NCBI RefSeq assembly: GCF_009914755.1
Contig: NC_060931.1
DNA from: the human T2T-CHM13v2.0 reference genome, Homo sapiens
DNA: 64,000 bases
Reading direction: 5' to 3' (one strand)
The notes beneath the pieces were generated by a model. That model made no database searches. It worked only from the letters and a program-made list of their open reading frames with translations, and was not told where the DNA came from. Numbering within the stretch: the stretch's first letter is position 1; each line of letters begins with the position of its first letter. Of the stretch, positions 1-13,000 are shown piece by piece. The position numbers and the translations under genes were made by a program.

Positions 1-125
1 ATTCTCAGAAACTACATTGTGATGTGTGCCTTCAACTCACAGAGTTTAACCTTTCTTTTCTTAGGGCAGTTTAGAAACACTCTGCTTGTTATGTCTGCAA
101 GTGGATATTTGGACCTCTTTGAGGC

Positions 126-142
126 CTTCGTTGCAAACGGGG
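126..142 (+). promoter_or_regulatory. Variant CENP-B box of monomer A (CTTCGTTGCAAACGGGG), first of 46 A-monomer box sites
   Basis: It retains the essential core NTTCGNNNNANNCGGGN despite two changes from the canonical box. Confidence 0.85.
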
Positions 143-255
143 TTTCTTCCTTTAATGCTAGACTAAGAAGAGTTCTCAGTAACTTTTTTGTGTTGTGTGT
201 ATTCAACTCACAGAGTTGAACCTTGCTTTAGAGAGAGCAGATTTGAAACACTCTT

Positions 256-303
256 GCTGTGGCATTTTCAGGTGGAGATTTCAAGCGATTTGAGGACAAT
301 TGC
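256..303 (+). other. Array-diagnostic segment of monomer B (first copy; once per HOR except three hybrid units)
   Basis: GCTGTGGCATTTTCAGGTGGAGATTTCAAGCGATTTGAGGACAATTGC is strongly diverged from the equivalent part of monomers D and F. It matches my recollection of chromosome-7-specific alphoid PCR/PRINS primer sequences, which I have not verified here. Confidence 0.7.
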
Positions 304-807
304 AGAAAAGGAAATATCTTCGTATAATAACCAGACAGAATCATTCTCAGAAAGTGCTTTGTGATGTGTGCGTTCAACTCACAGAGTTTAACCTTTCTTT
401 TCATAGAGGAGTTTGGAAACACACTGTTTGTAAAGTCTGCAATTGGATATATGGACCTGTTTGAGGCCTTCGTTGGAAAAGGGATTTTATCATATAATGC
501 TAGACGGAAGAATTCTCAGTAAATTCTTTGTGTTGTGTGCATTCAACTCACAGAGTTGAACGTCCCTTTAGACAGAGCAGATTTGAAACACTCTTTTTGC
601 GGAATTTGCAAGTGGGGATTTCTAGCCATTTGATGCCAACAGTAGAAAGGGAAATATCTTCAAATAAAAACCAGACAGAATCATTCTCAGAAAATTCTTT
701 GTGATGTGTGCGTTCAACTCACATAGTTTAACCTTTCTTTTCATAGAGCAGTTTGGAAACACTCTGTTTGTAAAGTCTGCAAGTGGATATATGGACCGCA
801 TTGAGGC

Positions 808-824
808 CTTCGTTGGAAACGGGA
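808..824 (+). promoter_or_regulatory. Canonical CENP-B box (example; box positions recur every 340-342 bp, ~188 in the window)
   Basis: Exact CTTCGTTGGAAACGGGA. Box positions 126, 468 (mutated) and 808 show the alternate-monomer spacing. Confidence 0.95.
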
Positions 825-1022
825 TTTCTTCATTTCATGCTAGACAGAAGAATTCTCAGTAACTTCTTTGTGCTCTGTGTATTCAACTTACAGAGTGGAA
901 CGTCCATTTACACAGAGCAGATTTGAAACACTCTTTTTGTGGAATTTGCAAGTGGAGATTTCAAGCGATTTGATGCCAACAGTAGAAAAGAAAATATCTT
1001 CAAATAAAAACTAGACAGAATC

Positions 1023-4000
1023 ATTCTCAGAAACTACTTTGTGATGTCTGCCTTCAACTCACAGAGTTTAACCTTTCTTTTCTTAGAGCAGTTTAGAAAC
1101 ACTCTGCTTGTTATGTCTGCAAGTGGATGTTTGGACCTCTTTGAGGCCTTCGTTGCAAACGGGGTTTCTTCCTTTAATGCTAGACTAAGAAGAGTTCTCA
1201 GTAACATTTTTGTGTTGTGTGTATTCAACTCACAGAGTTGAACCTTGCTTTAGAGAGAGCAGATTTGAAACATTCTTGCTATGGCATTTTCAGGTGGAGA
1301 TTTCAAGCGATTTGAGGACAATTGCAGAAAAGGAAATATCTTCGTATAATAACCAGACAGACTCATTCTCAGAAAGTGCTTTGTGATGTGTGCGTTCAAC
1401 TCACAGAGTTTAACCTTTCTTTTCATAGAGGAGTTTGGAAACACACTGTTTGTAAAGTCTTCAAGTGGATATATGGACCTGTTTGAGGCCTTCGTTGGAA
1501 ACGGGATTTTATCATATAATGCTAGACGGAAGAATTCTCAGTAAATTCTTTGTGTTGTGTGCATTCAACTCACAGACTGGAACGTCCCTTTAGACAGAGC
1601 AGATTTGAAACACTCTTTTTGCGGAATTTGCAAGTGGAGATTTCTAGCCATTTGATGCCAACAGTAGAAAGGGAAATATCTTCAAATAAAAACTAGACAG
1701 AATCATCCTCAGAAAATTCTTTGTGATGTGTGCTTTCAACTCACATAGTTTAACCTTTCTTTTCATAGAGCAGTTTGGAAACACTCTGTTGGTAATGTCT
1801 GCAAGTGGATATATGGACCGCTTTGAGGCCTTCGTTGGAAACAGGATTTCTTCATTTCATGCTAGACAGATGAATTCTCAGTAACTTCTTTGTGTTGTTT
1901 GTATGAAACTCACAGACTGGAACGTCCCTTTACACAGAGCAGATTTGAAACCCTCTTTTTGTGGAATTTGCAAGTGGAGATTTCAAGCGATTTGATGCCA
2001 ACAGTAGAAAAGGAAATATCTGCAAATAAAAACTAGACAGAATCATTCTCAGAAAGTGCTTTGTGATGTGTGCGTTCAACTCACAGAGTTTAACCTTTCT
2101 TTTCATAGAGGAGTTTGGAAACACACTGTTTCTAAAGTCTGCAATTGGATATGTGGACCTGTTTGAGGCCTTCGTTGGAAACGGGATTTCGTCATTGAAT
2201 GCTAGACGGAAGAATTCTCAGTAAATTCTTTGTGTTGTGTGCATTCAACTCACAGAGTGGAACGTCCCTTTAGATAGAGCAGATTTGAAACACTCTTTTT
2301 GCGGAATTTGCAAGTGGAGATTTCTAGCCATTTGATGCCAACAGTAGAAAGGGAAATATCTTCAAATAAAAACCAGACAGAATCATTCTCAGAAAATTCT
2401 TTGTGATGTGTGCGTTCAACTCACATAGTTTAACCTTTCTTTTCATAGAGCAGTTTGGAAACACTCTGTTTGTAAAGTCTGCAAGTGGATATATGGACCG
2501 CATTGAGGCCTTCGTTGGAAACGGGATTTCTTCATTTCATGCTAGACAGAAGAATTCTCAGTAACTTCTTTGTGCTGTGTGTATTCAACTCACAGAGTGG
2601 AACGTCCCTTTGCACAGAGCAGATTTGAAACACTCTTTTTGTGGAATTTGCAAGTGGAGATTTCAAGCGATTTGATGCCAACAGTAGAAAAGGAAATATC
2701 TTCAAATAAAAACTAGACAGAATCATTCTCAGAAACTTCTTTGTGATGTGTGCCTTCAACTCACAGAGTTTAACCTTTCTTTTCTTAGAGCAGTTTAGAA
2801 ACACTCTGCTTGTTATGTCTGCAAGTGGATATTTGGACCTCTTTGAGGCCTTCGTTGCAAACGGGGTTTCTTCCTTTAATGCTAGACTAAGAAGAGTTCT
2901 CAGTAACTTTTTTGTGTTGTGTGTATTCAACTCACAGAGTTGAACCTTGCTTTAGAGAGAGCAGATTTGAAACACTCTTGCTGTGGCATTTTCAGGTGGA
3001 GATTTCAAGCGATTTGAGGACAATTGCAGAAAAGGAAATATCTTCGTATAATAACCAGACAGAATCATTCTCAGAAAGTGCTTTGTGATGTGTGCGTTCA
3101 ACTCACAGAGTTTAACCTTTCTTTTCATAGAGGAGTTTGGAAACACACTGTTTGTAAAGTCTGCAAGTGGATATATGGACCTGTTTGAGGCCTTCGTTGG
3201 AAACGGGATTTTATCATATAATGCTAGACGGAAGAATTCTCAGTAAATTCTTTCTGTTGTGTGCATTCAACTCACAGAGTGGAACGTCCCTTTAGACAGA
3301 GCAGATTTGAAACACTCTTTTTGCGGAATTTGCAAGTGGAGATTTCTAGCCATTTGATGCCAACAGCAGAAAGGGAAATATCTTCAAATAAAAACTAGAC
3401 AGAATCATCCTCAGAAAATTCTTTGTGATGTGTGCGTTCAACTCACATAGTTTAACCTTTCTTTTCAGAGAGCAGTTTGGAAACACTCTGTTGGTAATGT
3501 CTGCAAGTGCATATATGGACCGCTTTGAGGCCTTCGTTGGAAACGGGATTTCTTCATTTCATGCTAGACAGAAGAATTCTCAGTAACTTCTTTGTGTTGT
3601 GTGTATTCAACTCACAGATTGGAACGTCCCTTTACACAGAGCAGATTTGAAACACTCTTTTTGTGGAATTTGCAAGTGGAGATTTCAAGCGATTTGATGC
3701 CAACAGTAGAAAAGGAAATATCTGCAATAAAAACTAGACAGAATCATTCTCAGAAAGTGCTTTGTGATGTGTGCGTTCAACTCACAGAGTTTAACCTTTC
3801 TTTTCATAGAGGAGTTTGGAAACACACTGTTTGTAAAGTCTGCAATTGGATATGTGGACCTGTTTGAGGCCTTCGTTGGAAACGGGATTTCTTCATTGAA
3901 TGCTAGACGGAAGAATTCTCAGTAAATTCTTTGTGTTGTGTGCATTCAACTCACAGAGTGGAACGTCCCTTTAGATAGAGCAGATTTGAAACACTCTTTT

Positions 4001-7000
4001 TGCGGAATTTGCAAGTGGAGATTTCTAGCCATTTGATGCCAACAGTAGAAAGGGAAATATCTTCAAATAAAAACCAGACAGAATCATTCTCAGAAAATTC
4101 TTTGTGATGTGTGCGTTCAACTCACATAGTTTAACCTTTCTTTTCATAGAGCAGTTTGGAAACACTCTGTTTGTAAAGTCTGCAAGTGGATATATGGACC
4201 GCATTGAGGCCTTCGTTGGAAACGGGATTTCTTCATTTCATGCTAGACAGAAGAATTCTCAGTAACTTCTTTGTGCTGTGTGTATTCAACTCACAGAGTG
4301 GAACGTCCCTTTGCACAGAGCAGATTTGAAACACTCTTTTTGTGGAATTTGCAAGTGGAGATTTCAAGCGATTTGATGCCAACAGTAGAAAAGGAAATAT
4401 CTTCAAATAAAAACTAGACAGAATCATTCTCAGAAACTTCTTTGTGATGTGTGCCTTCAACTCACAGAGTTTAACCTTTCTTTTCTTAGAGCAGTTTAGA
4501 AACACTCTGCTTCTTATGTCTGCAAGTGGATATTTGGACCTCTTTGAGGCCTTCGTTGCAAACGGGGTTTCTTCCTTTAATGCTAGACTAAGAAGAGTTC
4601 TCAGTAACTTTTTTGTGTTGTGTGTATTCAACTCACAGAGTTGAACCTTGCTTTAGAGAGAGCAGATTTGAAACACTCTTGCTGTGGCATTTTCAGGTGG
4701 AGATTTCAAGCGATTTGAGGACAATTGCAGAAAAGGAAATATCTTCGTATAATAACCAGACAGAATCATTCTCAGAAAGTGCTTTGTGATGTGTGCGTTC
4801 AACTCACAGAGTTTAACCTTTCTTTTCATAGAGGAGTTTGGAAACACACTGTTTGTAAAGTCTGCAAGTGGATATATGGACCTGTTTGAGGCCTTCGTTG
4901 GAAACGGGATTTTATCATATAATGCTAGACGGAAGAATTCTCAGTAAATTCTTTCTGTTGTGTGCATTCAACTCACAGAGTGGAACGTCCCTTTAGACAG
5001 AGCAGATTTGAAACACTCTTTTTGCGGAATTTGCAAGTGGAGATTTCTAGCCATTTGATGCCAACAGCAGAAAGGGAAATATCTTCAAATAAAAACTAGA
5101 CAGAATCATCCTCAGAAAATTCTTTGTGATGTGTGCGTTCAACTCACATAGTTTAACCTTTCTTTTCAGAGAGCAGTTTGGAAACACTCTGTTGGTAATG
5201 TCTGCAAGTGCATATATGGACCGCTTTGAGGCCTTCGTTGGAAACGGGATTTCTTCATTTCATGCTAGACAGAAGAATTCTCAGTAACTTCTTTGTGTTG
5301 TGTGTATTCAACTCACAGATTGGAACGTCCCTTTACACAGAGTAGATTTGAAACACTCTTTTTGTGGAATTTGCAAGTGGAGATTTCAAGCGATTTGATG
5401 CCAACAGTAGAAAAGGAAATATCTGCAATAAAAACTAGACAGAATCATTCTCAGAAAGTGCTTTGTGATGTGTGCGTTCAACTCACAGAGTTTAACCTTT
5501 CTTTTCATAGAGGAGTTTGGAAACACACTGTTTGTAAAGTCTGCAATTGGATATGTGGACCTGTTTGAGGCCTTCGTTGGAAACGGGATTTCTTCATTGA
5601 ATGCTAGACGGAAGAATTCTCAGTAAATTCTTTGTGTTGTGTGCATTCAACTCACAGAGTGGAACGTCCCTTTAGATAGATCAGATTTGAAACACTCTTT
5701 TTGCGGAATTTGCAAGTGGAGATTTCTAGCCATTTGATGCCAACAGTAGAAAGGGAAATATCTTCAAATAAAAACCAGACAGAATCATTCTCAGAAAATT
5801 CTTTGTGATGTGTGCGTTCAACTCACATAGTTTAACCTTTCTTTTCATAGAGCAGTTTGGAAACACTCTGTTTGTAAAGTCTGCAAGTGGATATATGGAC
5901 CGCATTGAGGCCTTCGTTGGAAACGGGATTTCTTCATTTCATGCTAGACAGAAGAATTCTCAGTAACTTCTTTGTGCTGTGTGTATTCAACTCACAGAGT
6001 GGAACGTCCCTTTGCACAGAGCAGATTTGAAACACTCTTTTTGTGGAATTTGCAAGTGGAGATTTCAAGCGATTTGATGCCAACAGTAGAAAAGGAAATA
6101 TCTTCAAATAAAAACTAGACAGAATCATTCTCAGAAACTTCTTTGTGATGTGTGCCTTCAACTCACAGAGTTTAACCTTTCTTTTCTTAGAGCAGTTTAG
6201 AAACACTCTGCTTGTTATGTCTGCAAGTGGATATTTGGACCTCTTTGAGGCCTTCGTTGCAAACGGGGTTTCTTCCTTTAATGCTAGACTAAGAAGAGTT
6301 CTCAGTAACTTTTTTGTGTTGTGTGTATTCAACTCACAGAGTTGAACCTTGCTTTAGAGAGAGCAGATTTGAAACACTCTTGCTGTGGCATTTTCAGGTG
6401 GAGATTTCAAGCGATTTGAGGACAATTGCAGAAAAGGAAATATCTTCGTATAATAACCAGACAGAATCATTCTCAGAAAGTGCTTTGTGATGTGTGCGTT
6501 CAACTCACAGAGTTTAACCTTTCTTTTCATAGAGGAGTTTGGAAACACACTGTTTGTAAAGTCTGCAAGTGGATATATGGACCTGTTTGAGGCCTTCGTT
6601 GGAAACGGGATTTTATCATATAATGCTAGACGGAAGAATTCTCAGTAAATTCTTTCTGTTGTGTGCATTCAACTCACAGAGTGGAACGTCCCTTTAGACA
6701 GAGCAGATTTGAAACACTCTTTTTGCGGAATTTGCAAGTGGAGATTTCTAGCCATTTGATGCCAACAGCAGAAAGGGAAATATCTTCAAATAAAAACTAG
6801 ACAGAATCATCCTCAGAAAATTCTTTGTGATGTGTGCGTTCAACTCACATAGTTTAACCTTTCTTTTCAGAGAGCAGTTTGGAAACACTCTGTTGGTAAT
6901 GTCTGCAAGTGCATATATGGACCGCTTTGAGGCCTTCGTTGGAAACGGGATTTCTTCATTTCATGCTAGACAGAAGAATTCTCAGTAACTTCTTTGTGTT

Positions 7001-10000
7001 GTGTGTATTCAACTCACAGATTGGAACGTCCCTTTACACAGAGCAGATTTGAAACACTCTTTTTGTGGAATTTGCAAGTGGAGATTTCAAGCGATTTGAT
7101 GCCAACAGTAGAAAAGGAAATATCTGCAATAAAAACTAGACAGAATCATTCTCAGAAAGTGCTTTGTGATGTGTGCGTTCAACTCACAGAGTTTAACCTT
7201 TCTTTTCATAGAGGAGTTTGGAAACACACTGTTTGTAAAGTCTGCAATTGGATATGTGGACCTGTTTGAGGCCTTCGTTGGAAACGGGATTTTATCATAT
7301 AATGCTAGACGGAAGAATTCTCAGTAAATTCTTTGTGTTGTGTGCATTCAACTCACAGAGTGGAACGTCCCTTTAGACAGAGCAGATTTGAAACACTCTT
7401 TTTGCGGAATTTGCAAGTGGAGATTTCTAGCCATTTGATGCCAACAGCAGAAAGGGAAATATCTTCAAATAAAAACTAGGCAGAATCATCCTCAGAAAAT
7501 TCTTTGTGATGTGTGCGTTCAACTCACATAGTTTAACCTTTCTTTCATAGAGCAGTTTGGAAACACTCTCTTGGTAATGTCTGCAAGTGCATATATGGAC
7601 CGCTTTGAGGCCTTCGTTGGAAACGGGATTTCTTCATTTCATGCTAGACAGAAGAATTCTCAGTAACTTCTTTGTGTTGTGTGTATTCAACTCACAGATT
7701 GGAACGTCCCTTTACACAGAGCAGATTTGAAACCCTCTTTTTGTGGAATTTGCAAGTGGAGATTTCAAGCGATTTGATGCCAACAGTAGAAAAGGAAATA
7801 TCTGCAAATAAAAACTAGACAGAATCATTCTCAGAAAGTGCTTTGTGATGTCTGCGTTCAACTCCCAGAGTTTAACCTTTCTTTTCATAGAAGAGTTTGG
7901 AAACACACTGTTTGTAAAGTCTGCAATTGGATATATGGACCTGTTTGAGGCCTTCGTTGGAAACGGGATTTCTTCATTGAATGCTAGACGGAAGAATTCT
8001 CAGTAAATTCTTTGTGTTGTGTGCATTCAACTCACAGAGTGGAACGTCCCTTTAGATAGAGCAGATTTGAAACACTCTTTTTGCGGAATTTGCAAGTGGA
8101 GATTTCTAGCCATTTGATGCCAACAGTAGAAAGGGAAATATCTTCAAATAAAAACCAGACAGAATCATTCTCAGAAAATTCTTTGTGATGTGTGCGTTCA
8201 ACTCACATAGTTTAACCTTTCTTTTCATAGAGCAGTTTGGAAACACTCTGTTTGTAAAGTGTGCAAGTGGATATATGGACCGCATTGAGGCCTTCGTTGG
8301 AAACGGGATTTCTTCATTTCATGCTAGACAGAAGAATTCTCAGTAACTTCTTTGTGCTGTGTGTATTCAACTCACAGAGTGGAACGTCCCTTTGCACAGA
8401 GCAGATTTGAAACACTCTTTTTGTGGAATTTGCAAGTGGAGATTTCAAGCGATTTGATGCCAACAGTAGAAAAGGAAATATCTTCAAATAAAAACTAGAC
8501 AGAATCATTCTCAGAAACTTCTTTGTGATGTGTGCCTTCAACTCACAGAGTTTAACCTTTCTTTTCTTAGAGCAGTTTAGAAACACTCTGCTTGTTATGT
8601 CTGCAAGTGGATATTTGGACCTCTTTGAGGCCTTCGTTGCAAACGGGGTTTCTTCCTTTAATGCTAGACTAAGAAGAGTTCTCAGTAACTTTTTTGTGTT
8701 GTGTGTATTCAACTCACAGAGTTGAACCTTGCTTTAGAGAGAGCAGATTTGAAACACTCTTGCTGTGGCATTTTCAGGTGGAGATTTCAAGCGATTTGAG
8801 GACAATTGCAGAAAAGGAAATATCTTCGTATAATAACCAGACAGAATCATTCTCAGAAAGTGCTTTGTGATGTGTGCGTTCAACTCACAGAGTTTAACCT
8901 TTCTTTTCATAGAGGAGTTTGGAAACACACTGTTTGTAAAGTCTGCAAGTGGATATATGGACCTGTTTGAGGCCTTCGTTGGAAACGGGATTTTATCATA
9001 TAATGCTAGACGGAAGAATTCTCAGTAAATTCTTTGTGTTGTGTGCATTCAACTCACAGAGTGGAACGTCCCTTTAGACAGAGCAGATTTGAAACACTCT
9101 TTTTGCGGAATTTGCAAGTGGAGATTTCTAGCCATTTGATGCCAACAGCAGAAAGGGAAATATCTTCAAATAAAAACTAGGCAGAATCATCCTCAGAAAA
9201 TTCTTTGTGATGTGTGCGTTCAACTCACATAGTTTAACCTTTCTTTTCATAGAGCAGTTTGGAAACACTCTGTTGGTAATGTCTGCAAGTGCATATATGG
9301 ACCGCTTTGAGGCCTTCGTTGGAAACAGGATTTCTTCATTTCATGCTAGACAGATGAATTCTCAGTAACTTCTTTGTGTTGTTTGTATGAAACTCACAGA
9401 CTGGAACGTCCCTTTACACAGAGCAGATTTGAAACCCTCTTTTTGTGGAATTTGCAAGTGGAGATTTCAAGCGATTTGATGCCAACAGTAGAAAAGGAAA
9501 TATCTGCAAATAAAAAATAGACAGAATCATTCTCAGAAAGTGCTTTGTGATGTGTGCGTTCAACTCACAGAGTTTAACCTTTCTTTTCATAGAGGAGTTT
9601 GGAAACACACTGTTTCTAAAGTCTGCAATTGGATATGTGGACCTGTTTGAGGCCTTCGTTGGAAACGGGATTTCTTCATTGAATGCTAGACGGAAGAATT
9701 CTCAGTAAATTCTTTGTGTTGTGTGCATTCAACTCACAGAGTGGAACGTCCCTTTAGATAGAGCAGATTTGAAACACTCTTTTTGCGGAATTTGCAAGTG
9801 GAGATTTCTAGCCATTTGATGCCAACAGTAGAAAGGGAAATATCTTCAAGTAAAAACCAGACAGAATCATTCTCAGAAAATTCTTTGTGATGTGTGCGTT
9901 CAACTCACATAGTTTAACCTTTCTTTTCATAGAGCAGTTTGGAAACACTCTGTTTGTAAAGTCTGCAAGTGGATATATGGACCGCATTGAGGCCTTCGTT

Positions 10001-13000
10001 GGAAACGGGATTTCTTCATTTCATGCTAGACAGAAGAATTCTCAGTAACTTCTTTGTGCTGTGTGTATTCAACTCACAGAGTGGAACGTCCCTTTGCACA
10101 GAGCAGATTTGAAACACTCTTTTTGTGGAATTTGCAAGTGGAGATTTCAAGCGATTTGATGCCAACAGTAGAAAAGGAAATATCTTCAAATAAAAACTAG
10201 ACAGAATCATTCTCAGAAACTTCTTTGTGATGTGTGCCTTCAACTCACAGAGTTTAACCTTTCTTTTCTTAGAGCAGTTTAGAAACACTCTGCTTGTTAT
10301 GTCTGCAAGTGGATATTTGGACCTCTTTGAGGCCTTCGTTGCAAACGGGGTTTCTTCCTTTAATGCTAGACTAAGAAGAGTTCTCAGTAACTTTTTTGTG
10401 TTGTGTGTATTCAACTCACAGAGTTGAACCTTGCTTTAGAGAGAGCAGATTTGAAACACTCTTGCTGTGGCATTTTCAGGTGGAGATTTCAAGCGATTTG
10501 AGGACAATTGCAGAAAAGGAAATATCTTCGTATAATAACCAGACAGAATCATTCTCAGAAAGTGCTTTGTGATGTGTGCGTTCAACTCACAGAGTTTAAC
10601 CTTTCTTTTCATAGAGGAGTTTGGAAACACACTGTTTGTAAAGTCTGCAAGTGGATATATGGACCTGTTTGAGGCCTTCGTTGGAAACGGGATTTTATCA
10701 TATAATGCTAGACGGAAGAATTCTCAGTAAATTCTTTCTGTTGTGTGCATTCAACTCACAGAGTGGAACGTCCCTTTAGACAGAGCAGATTTGAAACACT
10801 CTTTTTGCGGAATTTGCAAGTGGAGATTTCTAGCCATTTGATGCCAACAGCAGAAAGGGAAATATCTTCAAATAAAAACTAGACAGAATCATCCTCAGAA
10901 AATTCTTTGTGATGTGTGCGTTCAACTCACATAGTTTAACCTTTCTTTTCAGAGAGCAGTTTGGAAACACTCTGTTGGTAATGTCTGCAAGTGCATATAT
11001 GGACCGCCTTGAGGCCTTCGTTGGAAACGGGATTTCTTCATTTCATGCTAGACAGAAGAATTCTCAGTAACTTCTTTGTGTTGTGTGTATTCAACTCACA
11101 GATTGGAACGTCCCTTTACACAGAGCAGATTTGAAACACTCTTTTTGTGGAATTTGCAAGTGGAGATTTCAAGCGATTTGATGCCAACAGTAGAAAAGGA
11201 AATATCTGCAATAAAAACTAGACAGAATCATTCTCAGAAAGTGCTTTGTGATGTGTGCGTTCAACTCACAGAGTTTAACCTTTCTTTTCATAGAGGAGTT
11301 TGGAAACACACTGTTTGTAAAGTCTGCAATTGGATATGTGGACCTGTTTGAGGCCTTCGTTGGAAACGGGATTTCTTCATTGAATGCTAGACGGAAGAAT
11401 TCTCAGTAAATTCTTTGTGTTGTGTGCATTCAACTCACAGAGTGGAACGTCCCTTTAGATAGATCAGATTTGAAACACTCTTTTTGCGGAATTTGCAAGT
11501 GGAGATTTCTAGCCATTTGATGCCAACAGTAGAAAGGGAAATATCTTCAAATAAAAACCAGACAGAATCATTCTCAGAAAATTCTTTGTGATGTGTGCGT
11601 TCAACTCACATAGTTTAACCTTTCTTTTCATAGAGCAGTTTGGAAACACTCTGTTTGTTAAGTCTGCAAGTGGATATATGGACCGCATTGAGGCCTTCGT
11701 TGGAAACGGGATTTCTTCATTTCATGCTAGACAGAAGAATTCTCAGTAACTTCTTTGTGCTGTGTGTATTCAACTCACAGAGTGGAACGTCCCTTTGCAC
11801 AGAGCAGATTTGAAACACTCTTTTTGTGGAATTTGCAAGTGGAGATTTCAAGCGATTTGATGCCAACAGTAGAAAAGGAAATATCTTCAAATAAAAACTA
11901 GACAGAATCATTCTCAGAAACTTCTTTGTGATGTGTGCCTTCAACTCACAGAGTTTAACCTTTCTTTTCTTAGAGCAGTTTAGAAACACTCTGCTTGTTA
12001 TGTCTGCAAGTGGATATTTGGACCTCTTTGAGGCCTTCGTTGCAAACGGGGTTTCTTCCTTTAATGCTAGACTAAGAAGAGTTCTCAGTAACTTTTTTGT
12101 GTTGTGTGTATTCAACTCACAGAGTTGAACCTTGCTTTAGAGAAAGCAGATTTGAAACACTCTTGCTGTGGCATTTTCAGGTGGAGATTTCAAGCGATTT
12201 GAGGACAATTGCAGAAAAGGAAATATCTTCGTATAATAACCAGACAGAATCATTCTCAGAAAGTGCTTTGTGATGTGTGCGTTCAACTCACAGAGTTTAA
12301 CCTTTCTTTTCATAGAGGAGTTTGGAAACACACTGTTTGTAAAGTCTGCAAGTGGATATATGGACCTGTTTGAGGCCTTCGTTGGAAACGGGATTTTATC
12401 ATATAATGCTAGACGGAAGAATTCTCAGTAAATTCTTTGTGTTGTGTGCATTCAACTCACAGACTGGAACGTCCCTTTAGACAGAGCAGATTTGAAACAC
12501 TCTTTTTGCGGAATTTGCAAGTGGAGATTTCTAGCCATTTGATGCCAACAGCAGAAAGGGAAATATCTTCAAATAAAAACTAGGCAGAATCATCCTCAGA
12601 AAATTCTTTGTGATGTGTGCGTTCAACTCACATAGTTTAACCTTTCTTTTCATAGAGCAGTTTGGAAACACTCTGTTGGTAATGTCTGCAAGTGCATATA
12701 TGGACCGCCTTGAGGCCTTCGTTGGAAACAGGATTTCTTCATTTCATGCTAGACAGATGAATTCTCAGTAACTTCTTTGTGTTGTTTGTATGAAACTCAC
12801 AGACTGGAACGTCCCTTTACACAGAGCAGATTTGAAACCCTCTTTTTGTGGAATTTGCAAGTGGAGATTTCAAGCGATTTGATGCCAACAGTAGAAAAGG
12901 AAATATCTGCAAATAAAAAATAGACAGAATCATTCTCAGAAAGTGCTTTGTGATGTGTGCGTTCAACTCACAGAGTTTAACCTTTCTTTTCATAGAGGAG

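Larger units (their letters stand above)
1..1022 (+). repeat. 6-mer HOR unit ABCDEF (1022 bp)
   Basis: Monomer A starts at 1 and next at 1023. Confidence 0.92.

Noticed and set aside
661-670. AATAAA motifs and T-rich runs resembling polyadenylation signals or terminators
   Set aside because: They are an intrinsic part of the monomer consensus, repeated throughout, with no transcript context visible in the sequence.
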